Shown here: in pieces, positions 1 to 23,187 of the stretch
Layout of the letters: each line of letters opens with the position of its first letter
Position numbering within the stretch: position 1 is the first letter of the stretch
Origin: the human T2T-CHM13v2.0 reference genome, Homo sapiens
Reading direction: 5' to 3' (one strand)
Length of the DNA stretch: 64,000 nucleotides
Assembly: GCF_009914755.1 (NCBI RefSeq)
Contig: NC_060929.1
The notes under the pieces: model-generated
Database searches by the model: none
Told to the model about the DNA's origin: nothing
What the model saw: the letters and a program-made list of their open reading frames with translations, nothing else
Position numbers and translations under genes: made by a program

Positions 1-310
1 AAATCTGTTCCTTGACTTTTAGTTTCTAGAGGCTGCGTGGCTCATGGAACTTTTGCTTCTTCAAAGCCAACAATTTCATCACTCTGACCCCTGTTTCCAT
101 CCCTGCATTTCCTGCTTTGGCCCATCTATTTCCATTTTCCACCTTTTAAGGCCATTGTGACTGTATTAGACCCACCAAGATAATCCACAATAGCCCTCCT
201 ATCTTAAAATCCTTATCTTAATCCCAGCTGTGGAATCCCTTTTGCTAGTAAGGTAATGTATTCACACCTTCCTAGCATTAGTATATGGATATCTTTGGAT
301 GAACCGTTGT
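1..310. mobile_element. MaLR LTR fragment (MLT1-like)
   Basis: Degenerate MLT1-type motifs (aaatctgttcc...ctagaggctgc, aaggtaatgtattcac, atggatatcttt). Confidence 0.5.
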
Positions 311-606
311 TGTGCTTTACAATCCCCATTCCTGTTTTATTATTTTATGATTTTTCCCTCCATTTACCATTTCTGTTCCTATTCTAATTCTACTCTCCCT
401 CACCCTCATGCTCCAGGCACCCGCTTTAATATGCTTAATATGTGTCAGTTACATATGTATCACGGAGTGAGTACAGTATTTGGTGGATGTATGTATTTGT
501 GTTTTAATTTACCCATGTCCTCTTAGATGTATACAATCTGTTTCTTATCTTTTCCACATATTTTTTTTTCTTATCTGTATTTTTCTACAGTGGGTATGTT
601 CATTAC

Positions 607-933
607 TTTTTTTAGTTTATTTATTTATTTTATTTATTTTTTTGTTTTTTGAGATAGAGTCTCACTCTGTGGCCCAGGCTGGAGTACAGTGGTGCGATCT
701 CGGCTCACTGCAACCTCTGCCTCCCGGGTTCAAGCGTTCTCCCGCCTCAGCCTCCTGAGTAGCTGGGATTATAGGAGCCCTCTACCAGGCCCACCTAATT
801 TTTTATATTTTTAGTAGAGACTGGGTTTTGCCATGTTGGCCAGGCTGGTCTCAAACTCTTGACCTCAGGTGATCCACCCGCCTCGGCCTCCCAAAGTGCT
901 GGGATTACACACATAAGCCACCACAGCAGGCCT
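607..933 (-). mobile_element. AluS
   Basis: T-tract followed by a reverse-complement Alu dimer. Confidence 0.93.
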
Positions 934-939
934 AGCTTT

Positions 940-2460
<1,521 letters not shown>

Positions 2461-2469
2461 TGCTACGTT

Positions 2470-3730
<1,261 letters not shown>

Positions 3731-4399
3731 TTTTAATACTGAATAAAGAGCAAGTGGAGCTCTTGTCTCTATCACATGGTGTCCTACAGTTTTATTACAG
3801 TGCTACCAGAAAAATCAAAGTAAGTTATAGTTTTTCAGTGTTGGCATTCCTTAAAATAAGAGAATAACATAGTTAATAAAAGAGAAGGATGAGAAGAGGG
3901 AGAAAGGTATCTGGAAAAGGAAAAGATATTTGAGGCCCTATACAGTGTTTCTATTATGTCTTTTGCTATCTCTTTTGATCAAAAGAACATTTAATCAGCT
4001 AGCAAAAATGTGGTTCTTGTATTTATATTATCTTGGATCTCCTAAGCATGTCTAATCACTGTTGGCCAAAGCAAGGAGACTAGGCATTAAATGGCTCTGA
4101 GTTGGCTGGAGGCCATAGAAAGGAATATGTCAGATTTGGAAATGACTATGAAGGAAATGCAAGTGTTGAACGGAATTTGTACTAAACACTTTTTAAGGTC
4201 CACTCAGCCCTGATTTCTGAGATATTTGTCCTTTACCTGATAAACTCTTACCTATCCTTTAAGGCCCCAGCTTAAATGTCACATTCTCTAAAATGCTATC
4301 TCTGGTTATCCTAGGCAGAGTATAACATTTCTTTATGCTTTCACAGCACTTTCTATATACCTCTGTTTTGGCACTCATATTGGAAGAGGGGTAGGGCCA

Positions 4400-4915
4400 T
4401 TGTTGCCTACCTGCTAGCCATCCTTCCACACTTTTCATTGCTAACAGAACTCTGATTTTGTTTAGAAGGCATTGTGCCAAGTACTGTTCCCTTTTGTCAG
4501 AAATTGCTATGGAGGTGGGCATGTGACTCAAGTTTTGTCCACTGAGACATAAGGAGCAGTCTGTTAGATGCTTCTGGTGAAAAAAAAAATTTCCCTAATA
4601 AAAGAGAGAGCAGATATAAAAAGAGCACTCTTTTCTGTTTATCTCTTTCCTTTCTGTTTTAAATGCTGTAATGTGAGAACTTGCTGGTTGCTACCACAGC
4701 AGCCATTTTGTGATCATGAGGACAGATCTCTCTGATATGCTATGGATAGTGAAACAGAAGAACTAAAAGTGTTCCAATTTTTAATGACATCACTGAGCCC
4801 CTGAAGAGGTCCTGAAATTAACAAACTAAATTTATCTATATGATATTAAATTTCCATAGTGTTTAAGATTTCATTAGTGAGGTTTTCAGTTATTTGCAGG
4901 TAAAAACATCCAAAT
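4400..4915 (+). mobile_element. Old MLT1 (J/K-like) LTR
   Basis: gggcatgtgactcaagttttgtccactgagacataag, gcagccattttgtgatcatgagg, ttttcagttatttgcag. Confidence 0.6.
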
Positions 4916-5189
4916 TTACGGAAAAAGGAACAGAAATAACATTCCTAAAACACTTATATCATGCTTTAATTTTTCGTTAATGTAATTTGCTACCTCAATT
5001 GTTAGAGCAAGGACCTTGTCTTAATCAATTCCTAGCACTGTCTACAGTCTCTGATTTGAAAATGATTGCTTAAGAAGCGTTTGTGTGGAATGTGAATTTT
5101 GTTGCAATGGAAAGTAAAATTTTTTTAAAAAGCGTTTGTGGAATGAATGAATCAATTAACAGATGAATGAATAAATGAATCTATAGATC

Positions 5190-5450
5190 AATATGATGGT
5201 GTTATTGAGAGGTAGAACAGAAAAATGAGTTAAGCACATAAGCTCTTGCATTGCATTCCTGGCTTCCTATCCTGGCTCCCCCACTATGTGACCTTGGGTA
5301 AGTCACTTAATCCCTATAAGACTGTTTCCCCAGTTATAAAATGTGAATAACAGTGCATACTTAAAATAATTTTTGTGAGGTTATATTTTATGTAAAGGCT
5401 TAACATATAATTTGGAACTGAATAAACACTCAATATGTTGACCATTATTT
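5190..5450 (+). mobile_element. MIR SINE
   Basis: Core 'tgtgaccttgggtaagtcacttaatcc...ctgtttcccc'. Confidence 0.7.
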
Positions 5451-6859
5451 TTGGAGAATGAAGAACAGCCAGTAATTATTCTAAATTGTCAAACCTGGTT
5501 GACCGGGAAAATTAAAATAAATCTGACCAAAACTGAATGTGTAGATGGAAAAGATGATGTTCAACTTCAGACATGTAAAATACAGCCTAAATATAGTTAG
5601 AGAGTGAAGACATGTGGGTTATGCTTATATAGATATATACATAACGTTACTCTATCTAGGTTCTGATTTATACTACATTTACTCATCCTGAGATTCTATA
5701 TTTACAGAATTGTTCTTTACAAATATAGTAACTTAAAAACGAAGGTAACTTTTGGATTATATCCATAATGAGTCAAATCCAATAGGCCAGGAGTTGCTGA
5801 AATTTTGCCTAAAAATGTGTACACAGGCAGTAATCTTCAAAAACAAAATATCATGGATAAAAAAGATTTCTTTTTCAACCTAAGAAAGCAGGTTGAAAAA
5901 AGGAAGGAGAAAAAGGTTTCCTTAAATAGTGTAAATATGTCAGTGATGTGATGTTGCTCAGTCTTTGAAATTCTTTGAATTCTCTTCCTAATTTAACGTT
6001 TCTTCACAGACTACTATGCAACAGAAGAAAACTATGCCTGAAATATCTACAGGAGAAATTCTGTGTATGAGTGTTTAAGGAACCTCTTTTGTTACTCAAG
6101 TAACCAGAATGAGTAATAAAAATCAAGCATGAGTAGTAGTATTTGTCATGCACTTTTTTTTCTATTGCTAAAATGAAAGCTATCATTGAACTCAGATTAG
6201 GAAATAATTCTTCCCAAGCAAAAAAAAAATCATGAATTATTTATTAGATTTTCTTCTACCGTTAATTTTTAATGCATGGGAATGACTAATAGTATAAGCC
6301 AAATCAGAAAGTCAATTCACATTCCAGATTCCATTTTTAGATGGGCATGAAGAATTCAAATTCTTTTATTCGATAAGCCAGCCCAGTCACTGGAAAAAAT
6401 TAAACTGAAATATCTGCCTGCATCAATCTCTCTACCAACGTATGACCCTTTCAGGACCAAATGATTATGGGCCACTCTATATGCAGCCCTATAACTCATA
6501 GCTATGTAGTGAAATTTACACTTCAGTGAATATGATTCTGTCTCTGTATCAATAATAATATCTTTATATTATATCAAGATGTCTTAATACCTTGCCTTTT
6601 CTAAAAAGTATTAGAGTTCTTTGTGATATAGGGCCTCAAAACATTTTATGGACACCAAATTCTATTCTATTCTTTTCTTTCTCTTTCTTTCTTTCTCTTT
6701 CTTTTTCCTTTCTTTTCTTCTGTCTTTTTTTCTTCTTTATCCACCTCTTCCTTTTAATCGGTATTGCATCTGAAATAACAAAATAAATTCTCAGTAGCCT
6801 AGCCACCTCCAGGTTTTCTTCACCTTTGTTTATGTTTCAAACCACAGCCGGATTCTTTT

Positions 6860-7413
6860 CTTTTCTCTCTTTTTTTTGCTGGGGGGGACAGAGTTTCCCT
6901 CTGTCGCCCAGGCTGCAGTGCAGTGGTGCAATCTCGGCTCACTGCAGCCTCCGCCTCCCAGGTTCAAGCGATTCTCTGCCTCAGCCTCCCGAGTAGTTGG
7001 GATTAGAGGCATGTGCCACCACACCCAGCTAACTTTTGTATTTTCAGTGGAGACAGTGTTTCATCATGTTGGCCAGGCTGGTCTTGAACTCTTGGCCTCC
7101 CTCAAGTGATCCACCTGCCTCTGCCTCCCAAAGTGCTGAGATTACAGGCATGAGCCACCGCACCTGCTAACCAATCTTGAACACAAATACTAGAACATTT
7201 TTCTACCTGGGAAGCTGTGGGATCTGTTCAAGATTCTGGGTTTTTGTTTTTGGGTTTTTTTGTTTGTTTGTTTTCTTTTTTTTTGGAGGTGGGGAGAGAG
7301 AGAGGATCTCGCCACATTGTGCAGGCTAGTCTCAAACTCCTGGGTTCAAGCAATTTGTCCACCTCAACCTCCCAAAGTGTTGGGATTACAGGCATGAGCC
7401 ACCGTGCCTAGCC
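6860..7413 (-). mobile_element. AluS (6860-7168) and FLAM-like monomer (7240-7413)
   Basis: Reverse-complement Alu sequence with T tails. Confidence 0.9.
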
Positions 7414-8299
7414 ATGCTCCAAGGAAATTGCTAACCAGTAAGAAAGGAGAACATGAGAGAACAGTTACTGGGAAAAATAAAGTTACTTTTTATTTATACT
7501 CCCCAATGAATTGAGACTTCCAACAAACCAGTTACATATACAAAAAAGAAAAACAAAAAAGGAATTTATCAGCTCAATTATTCAACAGATATTTATTGAT
7601 TGCTTCCTTCGTGTCAGGCACTGTTCTAGGCATAAGGGATTCAGATTTGAAAAATATTAAGCAAAGTCCCCCTCTCCAGGAACTTATGAGTCCAGGGGTA
7701 GCACTGGCTCCAAGTGTGGTGCTCAATGTTATCACAGTTTTTTTCTCCCTCTGTCATATTTTCTTTCCTTTCTGTAAACTGAAATCTTGGGTGGTCTCTT
7801 CCCTTTTGAAGGCAACATGGCCACCAGTGTTAACAATTCTAATGGGAAGAGAGCCTGTCTTTCCTCGTCATCCTAGCAAAGGGCCAGACTGTCTCATTGA
7901 CCTGGCTTGGGTCAGATCCACATCTCAGAACCTTACTGGCTAGGTCTCAGTCATTAGGAAGGCCACAAATATTTGTGCAGGTTGTTCATTGTAAAAAAGG
8001 ACAAGCAGGGGCTGAAATCCAGCGAAGGCTGCATTCACCAAGCCTTTATCCTGGTGCAGGACTGTGTGTGACAGGAGAGAGGGATCTTTGTCCAGTTCAC
8101 ACTAGGACATGACAGTGTCTTGGCCGTGTGCTCACCCTGGAGCAACAGGTGAGGAGGGATTATCTCCACCTGGACTACATGGCCTGAAGGTGGGGAAAGG
8201 ACAGTTGGGCTTCCCTGGTCCAAAGTCAGAAAAATGAAATGCTGGGCATGCAAAGACAACAGCTATCTACTTCATTCCTGACAGGCATGGAAAGGCAAG

Positions 8300-8500
8300 G
8301 TGGCAGAGTGGAGGGGACCTTGGATTTGGTGTCAAAAGGCCTAGGTTCTAATCCTAGTTTGGAAGGTTGTGGGACATTGGGCAAATCACTTAACTAATCC
8401 CCACAACATTTGTTTCCTTTCTTATAAAATGGAGAAAACTGTTGTCTTACCTGCCCTACAGACTCATTGAGAGAGGAAAAAAATGAATAACGTATGAGAA
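8300..8500 (+). mobile_element. MIR SINE
   Basis: ggcctaggttctaatcc...ttgggcaaatcacttaac...ttataaaatgg. Confidence 0.6.
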
Positions 8501-9844
8501 TATGGTTTGGAATAAGTTTCTTATGTCCAGAAGGTATAATTATTATCAATGATATCCTCCTAGTCAGTACCTATGGACACAAAAGTTCTTTTTTTTTTTT
8601 TTTGTCTTTTGTCTATCTCTTCCATTTAATCAGTCCTGGATATCTGAAATATCAAAATGATTCTCAGTTGGCCCAGACACCTCACACATCATCCAGTGCC
8701 CTCACACTTTGAAGGTGCTCAATCAGTGTTTATTCATTGGCTGACCCATGATATAGAAATTCACACTACTCAGGGTTCCTTTCCAAAGTCTTATACAAGC
8801 AAAATGTTGTGGCAAAACATTCACCCAACATTACAATTCAAATATTCCAGAAACCTGTAAGCATGCTGTCTTATGATCTCATTATTGGGTCTCAATTTAA
8901 GTACTGCTTCCTCAGGGGAAACTTCATGGACTATCCCCAGCCACACCTGCCCCCAGCGCCAGGCCTCCAGCCTGATTCACAACACTTCACACAATTGTCA
9001 TCAGGTCTGTCTTTCCCAACTGACCGTGTACCCCACCAGGCAGGCAGCATGGCTGTCTTGTTTGCTGTTGCGTGATAGCCTTGGTGCATGGTACATAGAA
9101 ATAAATCAAGAAATACTTGTTAAATGAATGAGAACATTTGTGGAATTAAATGGAACAAGGTCAAGTGGGACTAGGCAACATACATTTAATTTCCTCTTTC
9201 TCTTTTCCTAACATCTTTTTCCAAGCCCTCCATCAACCACATCCTCTGACTTCTGGAACCCCTGTTAAGTAGAGAAAGAATGAGTAGTTAACTTGAACGT
9301 GTCCTTTTAAGGACACACAATCAATGACTCTTTAGAAATAAAATCCATTCACCCTGACCTATGTAAGCAATGCCTAAAAAATGCAGGACAAATATAATAA
9401 TTATAACTCCCTGTAATCATAAACTTATTCTGGAATAATAGTTCTAAATTTTATACCCTTGTATATCCTGGTATGTCCTAATGCTTATATCTGCCTCAAA
9501 ACCAAGACAGACCTAGGCAGTCATTCCTGGAATCACATACATTACTCCAAGCCAGAAATTAGATTAGAGTGGTTCAGAGGAGAAAGGAGATTTTAGACAC
9601 AAATTATTCCTTCTTCTTTCCCCTCTTCACCATCCATTATGTAAATTTCATTTACATAATGCAGCTTTTAGCACAAACCAAATGAGTCAGCATCAAGTCA
9701 AATGAAAAATGACTTCTATGCCAAAGGAAATTATTTTTCTTTGTGTCAGCCTGCAGTGAGCAAGTGATCTTCTAAGTAACAGAAAATTTATAAAATAAAA
9801 ATAGAGGTCCAGTTAGGTCATAAATACCTGTTGTGTGAAGATTT

Positions 9845-10922
9845 TTAATTTATTTTTAATTATGCTAAGATACACAGGATATAAAATTTACCATCTTAAC
9901 CATTTTAAGTATACAATCCAGTAGTGTTAACTACATTCACATTGTTATGAACCAATCTGCAGAACCCTTTTCACCTTATAAAATAGAAACTCTGTACCCA
10001 CCAAGTAACACCTCCCTATTCCCTTCTCCCCAACCCCTTGGCAACCACCATTGTACTTTCTGCCTCTATGAATTTGACTACTGTAGGCACCTCATATGAG
10101 TGCAATCACACAGCATTTGTCTTTTTGTGACTTGGTTATTTCATGGAGCATAATGTCCTCAAGATTCATTCATGTGGTAGCATGTGTCAGAATTTCATCC
10201 CTTGTTAAGGCTGAATAATATTTCATTGTGTATGCATACCACATCTTGCTTATTCACTCATCCATTAATAGACACTTAGGCTCCTTCTTCATTTTAGCTA
10301 TTGTGAATAAAGCTGCTATGAACATGGCTGTACAAATATCTCTTTGAGACTGTGTTTTCAATTCTTTTGGCTATGTACCCAGAAGTGAAATTGCAGGACC
10401 AATGGTAATTCAATTTTTTGTTTGTTTGTTTGTTTGAGATGGAGTCTTGCCCTGGCGCCCAGGCTGGAATGCAGTGGTGCGATATTGGCTCACTGCCACC
10501 TTCGCCTCCCGGGTTCAAGCAATTCTCCTGCCCCAGCCTCCTGAGTAGCTGGGATTACAGGCATGCGCCACTGCACCCAGCTAATTTTTGTATTTTTAGT
10601 GGAGACGGAGTTTCACTATGTTTGTCAGGCTGGTCTCCAACTCTTGACCTCGTGATCTGCTGGCCTCGGCCTCCCAAAGCGCTGGGATTACAGACATGAG
10701 CCACCGCACCCAGCGGTTGTTTTTAATTTTTTTTTTTTAGAGATGGGATCTTGCTATATTGCCCAGGCTGGTCTTGAATTCCTGGGCTGAAGTAGTCTTC
10801 CACACACGACCTCCCAAAGCACTGGACTTACAGGTGTGAGCCACCATGCTCAGCCCTATATTTAATTTTTTGAGGAGCTGCTATACTGTTTTCCATAGCA
10901 GCTACACCATTTTATATTCCCT
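9845..10922 (-). mobile_element. L1MB-like 3' fragment interrupted by AluS (10415-10715) and FLAM (10725-10856)
   Basis: aaaatttaccatcttaaccattttaagt...cttggcaaccaccattgtactttctg...tatgtacccagaagtg; resumes with 'atatttaattttttgaggagctgc'. Confidence 0.85.
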
Positions 10923-11699
10923 GTGTGCAGAATTTTACAAAAGGGTTTGTGAGTTTCAAAGAAATTTAGGGTTTACTTTTCCCCTTCAATAACATTCTTC
11001 CTGGGGATTCTCATGGTACTTTGTCTGTGGGAACTCTATGACACCCACCATGTTTTCCCTTGCAGTATAATCGTCTTATCTTCTCCACCTGTCAGAACCC
11101 TGAGAGTAGGTAGGATCTAGGTAGAATTCACCTGTAAAGACAGTGATCTGGATGAGTCTCCCAGCTTCCCTGGTTCCCATATATAGTACTGCAGGAAGTT
11201 ATTGTATCTCTTGTAGGTATCTGATAAGTAAGGAGAATAATGCTTCTCAACAAGGCGGCTGAGAGGATGGGTCTAGAAAATGTATCCTGAGTGCTTAACA
11301 CAGCACCAGGGACATAGCATGTGCTAACTATTTTATTGGAGCAGGAGAGTGTTGTGGCTAAAAGTGCAGACTTTTAATCCCTATAAGCCTCTGTTTGTTT
11401 TCTCATTTGTAAAATGGATTATTCTGAGGATGAAAAAGGATGACCTGTACAAGGTTTATGCAGCATCACATAGCAATTTGCGAGTGCTCAAAAAAATGGC
11501 AGTTATCTTTACCATAACCAGTTTCCTGATTCATCTTAGTTCAATATTGATCTATTATGTTTATTCTATCAGTTCATTCAAATATGCCCTGTCAAATCAT
11601 TCTGGTTCATCCTTAACGGACATTTGGCAGATTTCCTAATCTTCCTGTCACTTTGATAATTTAAAGCTCAGTTTCTGCAGTCCAAATCTGTGATCTCAA

Positions 11700-12090
11700 T
11701 TATTATTATTATTATTTTTCAGACAGAGACTTACCCTGTCTCTGTGCGGTGGCACCATCTCAGCTCACTGCAACCTCCACCTACCAAGCTCAAGGGATTC
11801 TCCTGCCTCAGCCTTGTCAAGGACAATCCTTGACCTTTCTTGGCTTGTAGATGCATCACTCCAGTCTCTGCTTCCTTCCTCAGGTGCCATTCTTCCTCTC
11901 TGTGTGTGTCTCTGTTTTCTTATAAGAAAACCAGTCATAGTGGGCTAAAGGCACATCCTAATGACCCCATTTTAATTGCTTACAGTAGCCAATAGGGCAA
12001 AGACCCTACTTCCACATAAAGTTACATCCACAGATATATGGGTTAGGACTTCAACATATTTTAGGAGAGTCACAATTCCACCCAGAACAT
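11700..12090 (-). mobile_element. Truncated Alu right arm (11700-11815) joined to an MLT1B/C-like LTR fragment
   Basis: Alu stops at 'cctcagcc', followed by 'caatccttg...cttggcttgtagatgcatcactccagtctctgc...ggttaggacttcaacata'. Confidence 0.7.
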
Positions 12091-12639
12091 GTAGAAAAGT
12101 TAAAAAAATATATAATGGATACCCATAAAACCACCACTAGATTCAATAGTTGTTAACAGTTTGCCACTTTTGCTTTTACTACCAATCTACTTTTTTACTG
12201 TTACTATCTCATCCCTAAATACTTCTTAGTGTGTCTCCTAAGATTAGTCTTTTACACACTACATTATCATACCTGTAAAATTTAAAATTCCCTAGTATCC
12301 ACTAATAAAGAGTGGCAATAGATTATATTATTACTCAAAAGTATTCACTTTCCTCTTCTCTATGGGAAGATGACACACTCTTCCCCTATAATCTTAGCGC
12401 TTGGCCATATTGCTTCAGCAAACATATTGTGAGCAGCAAGATGCACATTGTGCGGTGTAGAAGCTTTTCTAATCATTTCCTGGGTTTTGGGGTAAGACAC
12501 AGGGATCAAAACAGCTATCAGGAATATAACCATAGTCAACTGGCAGTACAAGTGACTTGAACAGGAAATAAACTTTTGTTTTACAAACCACTAAAACCTA
12601 GGGTTGTTTGTAATTGCAGATTTCCCCAGTGAATTTAGA

Positions 12640-14046
<1,407 letters not shown>

Positions 14047-14152
14047 GGGCCGGGCATAGTGGCTCACACCTGTAATCCCAGCGCTTTGGCATGCGGATAG
14101 CTTGAGCCCACAAGTTGGAGACCGGCCTGGTTAACATGGGGAAACCCTGTTT
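14047..14152 (+). mobile_element. AluJ-like element, 5' half (split by a 10.4-kb insertion)
   Basis: Alu left arm breaks after 'aacatggggaaaccctgttt'. Outer TSD taaaaatcatgaattca at 14030-14046. Confidence 0.9.
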
Positions 14153-14669
14153 TTTCTTTCTTTCTTTTTTTTTTTTTTGCTTTTAAGGAGCGGAGAGTTT
14201 AATAGGTAAGAAGGAAGGGAGAAGACAGAAGAAAGAAGCTCCCCCATACAGAGACACAGGGATGGGGGCTCCAAAGCTGAAAGAGGAGGTCCCCACCTGG
14301 CAGGGACACCAGCCAGGTATATATGCAGAGGCTGGAGGTGGTGTTTGATTTGCACAGGGCTCAAGGGATTGGTTTGACTAGGCATGACATTCACGTAGCC
14401 TGTAAAAAAGCTGACCCTCCCACCCTAGCCTTTTAATATGCAAATGTAGGGCGCCATGATGTTCTACACTCCTGGGGATATTTGGAGGTGGCCATGTTGC
14501 CAGGAACATGTGGGGAAAGGGCAGGAAGGCCACAGGAATCTCCATGTTTGGGTGGGCCCACTTTCTAATGGTCAGTATTTGCATATCAAAGGTTGGTGGG
14601 CTGCTGCTAAGAGCCAGGGATTTAAGAGAAACTTTTCCAGAGATGCTTTAAAAAACAAAAGCTTCCCTT

Positions 14670-14980
14670 GGCCAGGCACGGTGGCTCACGCCTGTAATCC
14701 CAGCACTTTGGGAAGCCGAGGCGGGAGGATCACGAGGTCAGGAGATAGAGACCATCCTGGCTAACACAGTGAAACCCCGTCTTTACTAAAAATACAAAAA
14801 AAAAAAAAAAAAATTAGCCGGGTGTGGTGGTGGGCACCCGTAGTCCCAGCTACTCAGGAGGCTGGGCCAGGAGAATGGGGTGAACCTGAGAGGCGGAGCT
14901 TGCAGTGAGCCGAGATTGCGCCACTGCACTCCAGCCTGGGCAACAGAGTGAGACTCTGTCTCAAAAAAAAAAGAAAAAAA
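14670..14980 (+). mobile_element. AluY-like element inserted in the LTR
   Basis: Diagnostic 'gaccatcctggctaacac' and 'gcggagcttgcagtgagccgag'. Flanked by aaaa(g)cttccc repeats. Confidence 0.9.
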
Positions 14981-15185
14981 GAAAACTTCCCAAGGACCTC
15001 TCTTCCTACAACATTCCCCGCTATGGAGATGCCACACTAACTGCTGTTAGAGGGTTTTGGGTTATGGTTCTTTCTGGCTACTTTCTGCTGAAAAGGGGAG
15101 TCACATGGGGGAACAGCAGCTAGGGCTCCTCCTGGGGTGGATCTAAGGGTCCTCAGAAGAATGGCATCTCCATGTGTGTTTCAGT

Positions 15186-15796
<611 letters not shown>

Positions 15797-16991
15797 ATTA
15801 CTAAACCCCAAAAAAGGCCTAGCAGACTCAGTGATGGTAAAACTTTCATGCTTCCTTTTTGTCAACTATTATCCCTGCTATAAAGATAATAATTAAGCAA
15901 AATACTACAGCAATGGAAACTCTCTGTCCAATATTTCAGTTTAAAGATGCTACCATGGGAGGTCTGTTCCAAGATGGCCGAATAGGAACAGCTCTGGTCT
16001 GCAGCTCCCAGTGTGATTGACGCAGAAGACGAGTGATTTCCCACTAAGGTACCTGGTTCATCTCTTTGGGACTGGTTGGACAGTGGGTGCAGCCTACAGA
16101 GGGAGAGCCGAAGCAGGGTGGGGCGTCACCTCACATGGGAAGCAGAAGGGGTCAGGGGATTTCCCTTTCCTAGCCAAGGGAAGTCATGATAGACTGTACC
16201 TGGAAAAACAGGACACTCCCGCCCAAATACTGGGCTCTTCCCATGGTCTTAGCAGCTGGCAGACCAGGAGATTCTCTCCCGTGCCTGGCTCAGTGGGTCC
16301 CACCCCCATGGAGCCTTGCTCACTGCTAGCGCAGCAGTCTGAGATCCACCTGCCAGGCTGGAGCCTGGTGCAGGGAGGGGCGTCCGCTATTGCTGAGGCT
16401 TGAGTAGGTAAACAAAGTGGCCTGGATGCTCGAACTGGGTGGAGCCCACCACAGCTCAGCAAGGCCTACTGCCTCTATAGAACTCCACCTCTGTGGGCTG
16501 GGCATAGCTGAAAAAAAGGCAGCAGAAAATTCTTCAGACTTAAACATCCCTGTCTGACAGCTCTGAAGAGAGCAGTGGTTCTCCCAGCACAGTGTTTGAG
16601 TTCTGAGAACAGACAGACTGCCTCCTTGAATGGGTCCATGACGCCCATGTAGCCTAACTGGGAGACACCTCCCAGTAGGGGTCGACAGACTACTCATACA
16701 GGTGGGTGACCCTCTGGGACGAAGCTTCCAGAGGAAGGATCAGGCAGCAATATTTGCTGTTCTGTAATATTTGCTGTTCTGCAGCCTCCACTGGTGATAT
16801 CCAGGCAAACAGGGTCTGGAGTGGCCCTCCAGCAAACTCCAACAGACCTACAGCTGAGGGACCTAACTGTTAGAAGGAAAACTAACAAACAGAAAGGAAT
16901 AACATCAACATCAACAAAAAGGACATCCACACCAAAAACCCCATCTGTAGATCACCAACATCAAAGACCAAAGGTAGATAAAACCACAAAG

Positions 16992-18015
16992 ATGGGGAGA
17001 AACCAGAGCAGAAAAGCTGAAAATTCTAAAACCAGAGTGCCTCTTCTCCTCCACAGGATCGCAGCTCCTTGCTAGCAATAGAACAAAGCTGGATGGAGAA
17101 TGACTTTGATGAGTTGACAGAAGTAGGCTTCAGAAGGTCGGTAATAACAAACATCTCTGAGCTAAAGGAGCATGTTCTAATCCATTGCAAGGAAGCTAAA
17201 AACCTTGAAAAAAGGTTAGACAAATGGCTAACTAGAATAAACAGTGTAAAGAAGATATTAAATGACCTGATGGAGCTGGAAACCATGGCACGAGAACTTC
17301 GTGATGCATGCACAAGCTTCAATAGCTGATTCGATCAAGTGGAAGAAAAGATATCAGCGACTGAAGATCAAATTAATGAAATAAAGTGAGCATACAAGAT
17401 TAGAGGAAAAAAGTAAAAAGAAATGTACAAAGCCTCTGAGAAATATGGGACTATGTGAAAAGACCAAATCCACGTTTGATTGGTGTACCTGAAAGTGATG
17501 GGGAGAATGGAACCAAGTTGGAAAACGCTCTTCAGGATATTATCCAGGAGAACTTCCCCAACCTAGCAAAGCAGGCCAACATTCAAATTCAGGAAATACG
17601 GAGAACAGCACAAAGATACTCCTCGAGAAGAACAACCCCAAGACACGTAATTGTCAGATTCACCAAGGTTGAAATGAAGGAAAAAATGTTAAGGGCAGCC
17701 AGAGAGAAAGGTCAGGTTACCCACAAAGGGAAGCCCATCAGATTAACAGCACATCTCTCAGCAGAAACCCTACAAGCCAGAAAAGAGTGGGGGCCAATAT
17801 TCAACATTCTTAAAGAAAAGAATTTTCAACCCAGAATTTCATATCCAGCCAAACTAAGCTTCATAAGTGAAGGAGAAATAAAATCCTTTACAGACAAGCA
17901 AATGCTGAGAGATTTTGTCACCACTAGGCCTGCTTTACAAGAGCTCCTGAAGGAAACATTAAACATGGAAAGGAACAACTGGTACCAGCCACTGCAAAAA
18001 CATGCCAAATTGTAA
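16992..18015 (+). pseudogene. L1 ORF1p relic (disrupted)
   Basis: MGRNQSRKAENSK...RPNPRLIGVPESDGENGTKLEN...YQPLQKHAKL, broken by frameshifts and stops. Confidence 0.92.
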
Positions 18016-18078
18016 AGACCATCGATGCTATGAAGAAACTGCATCAATTAACAGGCAAAATAACCAGCTAACATAATA

Positions 18079-21922
<3,844 letters not shown>

Positions 21923-22755
21923 ACAATGAGAACACTTGGACACAGGGTGGGGAACATCACACACTGGAGCCTGTTGGGGGATAGTGGCCTGGGGGAGGGA
22001 TAGCATTAGGAGAAATACCTAATGTAAATGATGAGTTGATGGGTGCAGCAAACCAACATGGCACATGTATACCTATGTAAGAAACCTGCACCTTATGCAC
22101 ATGTACCCTAGAACTTTAAGTATAATAATTTTTAAAAAAATCTATCAGAAGGATCAGTTAAAATTTAAAAAAATAAAACAAAAAAAAGAAGGTGCTACCA
22201 TGTATAACCCTAATGCAAATAGTAGAGTGAGGACAGCAGTTCCCACAAGTGTGGTGTGGCAGGTAATTTCCATCTAAAATTTTACTTGCCAAGATATAGA
22301 ATTCCCCTTTGGGGGTCTATGAAGTTCCTTGGTTTTATTTTCGCAAACAAAGAAACCTCCAGGTTATGGGCACCTTACTCACTTTCATTACCTGGCAGAA
22401 TTTGCAAGATAATTGCCCAGAACTAGCATATTGATTCACATTTTTATGTTACCCATCCCTTTTTTTTTTCCCCAAGCTGCAGAAGATCACCACTTGATTC
22501 ACAGGAGTAAGCAGGGCTAAATTGTAGGCAAAAAGCTTAAAAACAATAATGAGACTAGGATTTAATGACAAATGTATGATAAGCTTTGGAGCAAAGTTTT
22601 TCTCTCCAGTCCTCATTTTGGTAAAAACTAATTATGAATAAACTTTAGTCTTATACTTGGCCTGATTATTTGCCTAAAGTGCAGCAAGAATGGTTATTTT
22701 GACATAGGCCTTTTGGATTGGCTTTGATAAAACTCTGTTCCTCAAGGAATTTTAG

Positions 22756-23187
<432 letters not shown>

